Both the position numbers and the translations under genes were made by a program. Under the pieces are notes generated by a model. It saw only the letters and a program-made list of their open reading frames with translations, searched no databases and was not told the DNA's origin. Shown here piece after piece: positions 54,278-64,000 of a DNA stretch of 64,000 bases. Every line of letters starts with the position of its first letter. Within the stretch, counting starts at the first letter, position 1. The stretch comes from Ptychomitrium polyphyllum (Eukaryota): the NCBI GenBank assembly GCA_973851085.1, contig OZ316775.1:186001-250000 (forward strand), read 5' to 3'.

Positions 54278-56859
54278 GGTTCTTCATCGTCATTTTGTTG
54301 GGGCCGTAGTAATTGACACACATTTGTAAGGATCCATTTTTTTTCTTTTCAAAAAGTATTAGAACACCAATAGGAGATTTTGAATGTCGTATGAAGTTCT
54401 TGGCTAAGCTTTTATCATTATACTTCCTCAGTGATGAAAGCTCGTTTTGGGATAGATTACAATTAAGTTCAAATGATGGCTAGGCGCTGTTTTGGAGGTC
54501 TATGGTATAGTTGTAGGGATGATGTTTTAATAGAGTGTCTGCATTCTTTTTTTTGAATACATTATTAAACTCTTTATATTTTTTTGGAATGATGAAGCCA
54601 CAACTTTGAATGTTGAAATTGCATACACAACAAAAGAAGCACCAATCTTTGCTGCTCTCATAAATGCTCTAATTCTAATAAAGAGAGGCTTTATGGTCTT
54701 AAATCTATAAGATGCTTCAGCTTCCTCCGTAGGCTTAGTAGTTACAGATTCTAATGATGGAAATTTTACTTTGCGGAATGCCCAATCTATCTGCGGGTTG
54801 TACTTTTCAAAGTAAGAAAGCCCTAGAATGGTGGCACTTGATAGAAACCTAATGATATTAAATATCACTTCATTACTATGGTTGTTCAATGTTATTGTTA
54901 ATGGATTGGTCTCATGTATAACATTTCCAAAAGATAACGGTCAACCATCTATGACGTCTACATGGACGGGTTTGGATTTTTTAATAGAAGGAAATTTATG
55001 GATTTTTGTAAATTCTTTGTCAATAAAGCAAGCAGAGGCTCCTGAATTGATTAGAGTAAGGTTTTTGAGCTTCTAAGCATTTAATCAAGTAGGTATAGTA
55101 AAAGAAGATGAAGGATGGGCTAATAGAACATGACTTTTTTTTTTCTTGCAATAGAAGCGGATCCAGTTGCATGGCCTCATTGTGGCTAGATGTCTTTATT
55201 TTCCTACACAATATTGGGCATTGTGGTTGTATCCCTCTTCCGATATATACATGGAGGTTTCTTTAGGAAATTATGAACCTTGTGGTCAGATTTTGCACAG
55301 TGCAAACACAATCCTTGCTTCCTTTGCAGCTTCTTCACATGTTCAATAAGGGGCTTGAAGACAACCGCATCAATCTGCATGGCTTCCACTCTCAAATACT
55401 TATTAGAGGTAATCAGGGCTGCAACTACTGAAAAGTTGATATAAGGCTGAGATGTAATCAAAGTTTGTTTATCTTGTTGTTGTTGAAATAGACAATTATT
55501 GGACTTCAAAGCTTGGCTGATGGCCTCATCGAGTATTTAGAGATCTGGCAAGGATATCAATAAATCCTTAACCTCATCGCGTATGCTCTAATAAAATTAA
55601 CTCATCAACGCTTCTTCTCTCCAATTTATGTCGCATACAAGTTGTCAAAATTCCGATGCATAAATTCATATAAAACATGACCCTTGGCGTAAAGTACAAA
55701 TCTTAGTAATTGCAGAACAAAGCTTGTCATAGTCACCAAATGCTTTTTCAAATGCGGCTAGGAATGCATCAAAGTTACTAAGTATAGAGGAATTCTTTTC
55801 AAAAAATATTGCAAACTAGGACAATGCTTGTCCTGAGAGCAACGTTCCTATTAAACCAACACGCAAAGCGTTTGTAGGATACCTCCGAGGTTGAAGCAAG
55901 GTAACAAATTGAACTTGGTTTACAAAGCCTCAAAATTTTGAACACGTACCATCAAACTTCTTGGGAAGGCTAATTTTTGGTTCTTTGGTTGTTGACATTG
56001 AATCCCTAGCTTAAACTTGTTTGTCATCTACTAAAGCAGGTCTGAACAGTGAAGCACTTGAGTTGGATTGGAATAGCAATTGCAATGTTTTTGCTCCTTG
56101 ACTATTGTGTTTGATCAAATATAGTTCTTCGATTTGCTTGAATAAAGTTTTGGTTTTGATCCTCAATGCTTCAAGGGCATTGATAATGGAATCTAACTTT
56201 GTTTCTTTTGAATCAATCATATTATCTTCTTCACTCCCTGGCATAGATATGAAGTAGGAACAAATTAGAACCTGCTAACTATACAAGAAACCAAAGACAA
56301 TTCAAGGGGTCATATCAGTCTAGAGGAGGGTAATCCGCAACCCCTAGAGTACTATAGTGCTTTCAAGAAAGAAAAGTAATCTGCTCTCTATCAAAAAAGA
56401 CCAAGCTCTGATATTGTTGTATGACAGTCTTGACAAATTATTATGGACAAAGTAACCTCAAAATAGGGCTTTCAGAATTCCAAGATGTGGAACAAGGTAA
56501 TTCTAAGTATATTAGAAATAAAGAGCTACAAAAAGGTACAAAAGACAAGGCCAAAAGGTCTGAACTAGACCACACTAGATGCGATGTCAAGACTGAAGAG
56601 TTCCTCAGCCTCAACTCCTATATATACTAGAACTACAACTCTTAAAAGCTTCTTGTAAAGCTTCACCTACATTGCTTCATACTCAAGCAACTCAGAGTTG
56701 CTTCCTTGGAAGTTTCCTAAGCCAAGACAACTTCCTTGGAAGCTTTCTAAACTCAAGGTAACTTGCTTGGCACTTTCGTAAGTCAAAGAAACTTCTTTGG
56801 AAGCTTCTTAAATCTTCTAAGAACCTTTCTAGATACTTCTAATATATATGTCCGTGACA

Positions 56860-59800
56860 CATATAACAATTTTGCCAAGCAAAGATGCTCACCAAGATTG
56901 ATCTTGGAGAGCCTACAATTTTGTATTCAACAAAGAAAGAGAAATGGAAAATAGTCTTTTGATCTAGGTAGGGCCATTTTGAATACAATGTCTTGCCTTT
57001 TGGCCTTATTAATGACCCTGCAATCTTCCAACACATGATGAATGATATCTTCCATGAACACTTGGACGATTTTGTAATCATTTATTTGGATGATATTTTG
57101 ATATATTCAATGGATGAACACAACCACAAATGTCATGTACCACTAGTCTTAGAAAAACTACGCTAGCAAGGATTGTATGCCAAATTGGAGAAATATCTTT
57201 TACATGAATCTTTGGTTGAATTTTTAGGCTTCATCATCTCCACACAAAGAATCCATGTAGATGAGAAGAGAACAAGCATTGTCATGGAGTTGAGTACGCC
57301 AAGATCAATTTGAGATTTTCAGTGCTTGTTGGAATTTGCAAACTTCTACATGAATATTCACCAAGGACTATCTCAAGATTGCAACACCGTTGACACAACC
57401 TACGCAAAAGCAAAACTTCACTTGAAATAAAGAGGCAAAAAGAGCATTTCAAGGTCTTAAGAAGTCATTCACATCAGTTCCAATTTTTATTCATCCAAAT
57501 CCGTCAAAGACTTTCTATTTGGAAGCAGATGCCTCAGATTTTGTATTTGGCTCAGTAATCTCACAGTATGATGAAGACGGGAGACTCCACCCAATTACCT
57601 TTTGTTCAAGGAAGTTCTTAGCAATAGGGATAAATTGTGATATACATGACAAGGAGTTACATTAAATTATAGATGCGTTTAAAAGATGGCGGAACTTATT
57701 GGAAAGAACTCAATGCACCATCACAATATACACAGACATTAAGAACTTAAAATATTTCATGATTGCATGTGTATTTAGGTGCCGTCAAGCAAGGTGGAGT
57801 ATGTCGCTTTCCAAATTTGACTTTGTTATTATCTACCGACCTAGTAGCCTACAAGATAAGTGAGATGCCTTATACTAAAGATCGTATATAGCTCCTCAAC
57901 CTTGAGATGATGTTTTGGATCAACGATGGACTATTTTATTGAAGCTACAAAATCTTTAATTAAAAGTGACTATTATTACCACAACATCCCATTTTGACAG
58001 TCTTTGGAGGGTTTTGAAGAATGATGTCTTTGTTTCAAATATGAACAAGCACCTCAAACACAATAGAATTCTTTCAAATCAAAATAAAGACTTTAAATTT
58101 CAAAAGGGCCCACTTTACTTTAGAGGACTTTTTTACCTACCTCTAGGCCTTTTATGATTGAAGATTCTTAAAAAACGTTATGATTTTCCAGTAGCAAGGC
58201 ATTTTGGATTCAGTAAAATACTGAAGTTGATTGCCAGAGACTATAGTTGGCTACAAATGTAGAAATACGTGATGGACTTTGTTTTGTTATCCGACATTTG
58301 CACAAGGGCCAAGGTACCAAGACACCAACCTCATAGTCTCCTACATTTGCTTCAAGTGCCAAAGTATCCATAGTTGTCATTAGCAACGGATTTTGTTATG
58401 GACCTTCTAAACTCCGATTCTAAAGATTCTATTTTGGTAGTGGTAGATTAATTTATCAAGATGGCACATTTCATTCCATACAAAAAGACAATAACGGAAG
58501 AAAAATTTGCCAAGTTGTTTTCAAATCACGTCTACCGCATACATAAACTACCAAATGATATTGCATCCAATGAAGGGCCATAGTCCATTTCCAACTTTTG
58601 GAAGTCTCTATTCCAGCTATTGCGCACAAAGATCAACTTTTCTTCAACACACCATCCACAAATTGATGGTCACACCGAACGTGTGAATCAAACTACCAAC
58701 AAGACAACTAAATAGACCTCTTACCTTTGGCAGAGTTTGTTTATAATAATACAATGCATTCTTCAACAACTCAAAGCTCAACTCAATGCAAACTATGGCC
58801 ATCATCTAAGAGTAGATCCATTTCAAGTGAAGCATGTTGGAAGTCCTATAGTAGAAGATATTGCAACTCAACTTGCTAAAATCCACCAAGAATTTGCTTT
58901 TTGAGTACAACAAGCTTAAGATTGGTACAAAACTTATACAGATCATCAGTGGAAGGACTATCTAAAGTTCAAAGTTGGAGATAACATATGGCTCCTATGA
59001 CAAAACATACAAATAAAAAGACCGTAAAAGAAGGTGGATTATCAAAGGCTGGAACTATTCAAAATCAACAAACAGATAAATCCGGTCAGTTATCGCCTCA
59101 AACTACCACCAATCATGCAAAGTCATCTAGTGTTCCACGCATCATTGTTGGAAACCTATAATAAGTCAAGTATACTAGAGAGGATTGTCTCTCTGCCTCC
59201 TCCGGTGGAAATCAATAACAAAATGGAGTATGAAATTGAAGAGATCTTGAATTCACGCATCAAAAATGAACATGTGGAGTACCTTATACATTGGCAAGGA
59301 TATGACATCAAAAACTAAACATGGGAACCTTTGATGAACATAACAATTACATCTGACAAGGTACACAAATTTTATCAAAGTTATCCTCAAAAACTAGGTC
59401 ACTGATGACGTATTAGCAATAGCCGTTAGCTTTACAAAGAAGATTTTTCTATAGACAAGTATAAGAAAAGAGGAGAGATTTCCAAACCTCCAATTGTATA
59501 CAGCATTAATTTCAAGCTAGATCATCTTTAAATCTTAGCTAGTATGTAAAATCTTTGTGTTATCATGGATATGCGTAAAGAGTAGCCGGCCAAACCTTCT
59601 TCAACAGCAACATTATTGAACCAACTCAACTCCTCAACCTTTAGCACTGGAGGATTGAAGCCAAGATATGAGAGAAACATTTGAATGTCAAGTGCAACCT
59701 TGTGTAGAAGTATATGCTAGTCGCCCTTCACATTCTAGTGTTGATGTTGATGCTTGAGTTCTAATCATTCTGTTAGAAGTTGGAAAAGTCACTCTTGGAA

Positions 59801-60559
59801 GAGTCGAAATCTTGTTTGGAGGATGTTTTGAAGGATTTAATCAAAATCAAATCTTAGGCTGGGGCATTTTAACAACAAAAGTCTTAGCTAGGGATCATTG
59901 GCATTTCTTATAAAGACCAGCTGAATTGGTGGGCAAAGAACAACGAGCAGAATATGTTGCTTCTCTTCTTCAGCAAATTTTGAAATTTGTGGAGATATGA
60001 GAAGCAAGCCACAAGAAGAGCTCCTCATGGAATTCATCGCTAGAGAAGGAAGTGATATTACGGACATAGATCATGCAATATAATCTTTAAATCCTTCTAG
60101 AACCTTCTAGTATATATATAATAACTTCTTGGAATATATTTAATGTTTTCATAGCCACTGTTACCATTTTGTAAAACTTCCATGGAAGGTCCCTATTTCT
60201 TGGAAGCTTTTTAAGGAAGTTCTATTGTCTTGAGAAATTTCCTAGGAAGGTCTCAACTCCTTGGATAATTTCCTAAGAAGGTTCCATTTCTTTATAAAGC
60301 TTCTTGAAAAGGCTTATAGACTTCTAAAACATTCTTAAGCGTTGTACAAAGCTTCTTCAGAAGTATCCTAGGAGATACAAGCGTCATAATATAAATAAGA
60401 GGCAAGATAAGGTGTACCTTAATCTTGCCAATATAAATTGTTGATCATATTGTATCCTGCCGTGTTCTACTCTTTGAATCAGTTCTTATTAATCATTAGC
60501 TCTTTATAAGCTAATTCTTGGAAAATTGTCTTTGCTTCTTATTTTTTGTGGCTCCAATA
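56860..60559 (+). mobile_element. 3' half of decayed Gypsy element B (RT, RNase H, integrase, chromodomain, 3' LTR ~60056-60559)
   Basis: Continuous degenerate pol motifs from TKIDL through EYLIHWQGY, then PPT and LTR. The 5' half is not found in the window. Confidence 0.85.
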
Positions 60560-61593
60560 TTGGATTCAATATGGAACTTGTCATGGTCACCAAATGCTTC
60601 TGTAAATGTGGCTAAGAACTCATCAAAGGTGCTTTGTATGGAGAAATGCTTCTCATAAAGTGATAAATCAAGACAATGCTTGTTTTAAAAACAATGTTCC
60701 TACCAAACCAAGGCGTAAAGTGTTTGTAGAACATTGTCAAGGCTATAGCAAGGTAACAAATTGAATTTGGGTTACAAAGCAACAAAATATTGAACGCATA
60801 TTATCAAACTTTTTTAAAAGACTAATTTTTGGTTTTTTGGTTGTCAACATTGAATTGTTGATTTGAATTTGTGTGCCTCCTACAAAAGTAAATCTAGAAG
60901 ATGGAGCACCTAAAATAACTTAGAGTAATAATTGGAGTGCTTCTATTCCTTCACCATTATGTATGGTCAAATAAAATTCTTTGTTTTGCTTGGATAAAGT
61001 TCAATCTTGATCCTAAGTGCTTCAAGGACATTGATAATGGAATCTAACTTGACTTCTTTTTAATCAATCATATTGAGTTCTTTATCTTCTAGCATGAAGA
61101 CAAATTAAAAATTCCTAAATAAACAAAAATTAAGAAAGATTCAAAAGGCAATATCAGCTTAGAAGAAGGTATTTTGCAATTTCTAAAGCGCTATATTACT
61201 TTCAAAAAGAAGGATGTTCTGCTCTTTATCAAGAAGGACCAAGCTCTAATATTGTTGTATGATAATTACAATAAACTGTAACAAATAGAATAACAACAAG
61301 AGAAGGCTTCAAGATTTCAAGATATAGAAGAAGATATGTCTAAGGTATATTAAAAATAAAGAGCTATAATAAGATATAAAGATAGGGCTAGAAAGTCTGA
61401 GCTAAACCATAAGAAATGCATTGTTGAAAATGAAGATCCCTTCAAGCTTGACCTTTGTATATACTAGGATTATAATCCTTGGAAGCTTCTAATATATTGC
61501 TTCATACTCAAGCAACCACAAGTTGTTTCCTTGGAAGCTTCTTGAATCTTCTAAGATCCTTTTTAGATGCTTCTAATATGTATATTTGTGATA
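60560..61593 (-). mobile_element. 5' fragment (LTR, leader, start of gag) of an element-A-family Gypsy
   Basis: Diverged similarity to 55720-56859, including the LTR/PBS junction (gaccaagctct(a/g)atattgttgtatga). Confidence 0.75.
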
Positions 61594-63782
61594 TTTGTGG
61601 AAGCATTGTAGTAAAAAACAATATCCTTGAGCTGAATGATTGCTTTGATTAAGAGGCAAAGCAAAGCCAAATTCCTTAGTTTCCTTCTAAATAACATCCC
61701 TATTTATCACTTGTATATCTTATATGATATAGTTATAAACAACATTATTATTCAAAAAATTGATAGCCATGTCAAAAAGCACCTTCATTTTTTAGAATTT
61801 GAATTTCAAATTCTAAGCCTTGTCATTTTAATCAAGAATTAAATTCTAAATTGTACTATTTGCATTTAAAGGCAATAAACCTAAATTAAAAAGAGGAGCA
61901 AATAAAAACATTAAGAAAAATCAAAACAAGTTCAAACAACACTTGTAAAAATAAATGACATATTTAATAAGATAGTGTGAAGGAATTAGTTACCAATCAA
62001 AAGTTTGAATGAATAATTTCCTTTGAATTGAGGCGGATTGGCAATTGAGTGTTATAGAGCTAGATTTATTGTATAATTTATAATTAAACATAGTATAATA
62101 TATTTATATAAGAGCTGTCTTAAGAACAGCATGCAATTTTATTTATTAGAGCTTTGTGCAAGTTTTTGAGTTCTTTTTATATATTTTCTTTTGCTAATAG
62201 ATTTTTTTGCATCATTTTGAATCTTCTTCTTCTTTATTGAATTAATTTGTATGTCCCTTGGAATCTAGTTTAGATTTGAGAGTAATTTTTGAAGATTATT
62301 AAGTGGACAATATTGAAACCATTGTTTCATACTTTTAAATGTTGCCTAGTTGGTTATGCAATGACTTCCTAGTGGGAAATTCCTCAAAAGAATAATTTTT
62401 CTTAATTAATTGATGAATCTTGTACAAAAGCGAATTAAAGCCAATTGACTCCTAGCCATTCATAAAATTCATCCATATAAGTAGCCCAAAATCTTTTGCT
62501 TTACTTTGATGTCATTTACAAAAAAAAATTAACACTGCTGTATTGTTATAAATGTGATTTGAAGAAAAGTCAAATGCATCTTTTAAAAATGTAGAAAAAA
62601 TAGCATTTTATTTAGGAAAGAAAAAAAGGACAAAAATTACAAGAATTGGGAGACCTTTGAAAACATCCAAAATTAAAAAATCCATAAAAGGTTGGTTAAA
62701 ACAAAGTCCATTAAAAAAAAGCAATGGCCCAATGGAAATCTAAAATTAAATGAGATTGAATAATTAGAACAACAACAAAAAAAAGCAACAATGAATTAAA
62801 TAAGAAAGACAAGAAAAATAAGAAAATTTGACATTCTACTTCTATATTCTAATCCTATACCATGTGGGTGGAGAAAGACAATTCCAACCATACATTAGTA
62901 ATTTTTTTAATTCAAGATTTAAACACTTATGTGGTCTTATTCTTTAAAAAGACTCTATTGAAACTTGTTTTAATTTTTCATTATATATTCTATTTTCCAT
63001 TAAGTAGATTGGTGTTTATTATGTGAAGTTATTTCACAATTATAGAATCTTATGAAGCTTAAAGCACACAAATCATTATTTTGAGTAAATTTGTTCTAAT
63101 GTTATTTTAGTGACAAATTTTCATAAAAACTTTCAAGCATTTTAATTGAAATTTTTGTAACAATTATTTATACATTCATTTTTTTCAAAGATAAAAAGAT
63201 AAATTGAACTTAACTGCTTCGAAAACCTCTTTCATCAAGTACTTAGAAAAACTAATAATTCCAAAAATTTAAGAAACATATGTGTTACTATTTACAACTT
63301 ACTACATCTAGGAAATATCCTATCCATTATATTCTTTAATTACATAATCTTGCACCATGCAAACTCTAACACTAAACTCCAAAATATTCAACTTTGCCTA
63401 CAGTAGAGCATCTGCACACGTGCTGCAATGTGGTGGTGATGCAGGTCAGGCTCCTCGTAAGCAACCTTTCGCTTGTCACAGTCACAGATTCAAGCGGCCT
63501 GTACTAAATCCAAACAATAAAAAAGCATTCCAAAAATGTCAACTCCAGGTTCCTGTCGGCTTTATGGTCCTCTCCTCCTCAACCTCCCGGTCAAGTACTC
63601 GCAAACTCCTCCAGGAAAGCTGACCGCGAAAAGTAAGGAAAAGCACTCAACTACGAAAGTGGACAAGTACAGTAAACGTCATCCAAAAGAAGGAACAATT
63701 GAAAGTCGGCACTTTGGGAGCAGTGCGGTGTAAAGGGTCGGGAGGTGCCAACTCGGCAAAGCGAGGCAGGCTATCAGAGCAG

Positions 63783-63943
63783 GTAACTCATTGGGAGGGA
63801 AGGCGCTGGGAGCTCACGACAGAGCACCGGAGAGTGAGTCCTTGGACCCAAGCACCCTCGTGATTCAATTTACACTCCTGAGGGGCCCTGTACTACCCTA
63901 ACTTGCTCCTTCCACCTTTTCTCTTTTTCATTCCCTTGCGCAG
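63783..63943 (+). other. Probable intron near the 5' end of a gene that continues beyond the window
   Basis: AG|GTAAC donor, CTAAC branch motif near 63898, long pyrimidine tract and GCAG acceptor, inside a GC-rich island starting ~63400. No product can be assigned. Confidence 0.5.
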
Positions 63944-64000
63944 GCGGGGGTGCACTCTTCCGCAGCAGCAGTCACTCTCTCGCAAGCCCGGATATTCACG

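Larger units (their letters stand above)
42430..56859 (-). mobile_element. Mirror copy of Gypsy element A, with an uninterrupted but different 3' LTR (~42430-42831)
   Basis: Reverse complement of 11974-26091. The LTR remainder below 42742 is only diverged-homologous to 26092 onward. The left end is approximate. Confidence 0.85.
42742..57652 (-). repeat. Right arm of the 14.9-kb inverted duplication
   Basis: Reverse complement of 11181-26091. Gypsy pol sequence continues uninterrupted past 57652 but is cut off at 11181, so this side is the probable donor. Confidence 0.97.

Overview
This is a eukaryotic, TE-dense window. Gene and retrotransposon style suggest a moss such as Physcomitrium patens, which is an inference and not verified. 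It holds two intact spliced genes: a thylakoid-lumen Deg1/HtrA protease (minus strand, 8 exons, 3666-6990) and ENY2/SUS1 (plus strand, 5 coding exons, 38749-40038, start codon split by an intron). A third gene probably begins at the far right. Most of the rest is nested, decayed LTR retrotransposons: two kinds of chromoviral Ty3/Gypsy, solo LTRs with target-site duplications, and a Ty1/Copia with a half-tRNA primer site and TTAGGG/G-quadruplex LTRs. The dominant unexplained structure is recent copying of dead TE sequence. A near-perfect 14.9-kb inverted duplication (11181-26091 vs 42742-57652) encloses ENY2, and a 1.83-kb direct duplication (46-1876 vs 58307-60137) comes from the same right-hand locus. 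Both copies end about 80-90 bp inside a 3' LTR, where identity fades into a diverged paralogous LTR, which looks like ectopic homologous repair rather than transposition. Several other junctions show templated-insertion scars. No novel protein system was found. All comparisons were made by eye and were not exhaustive.
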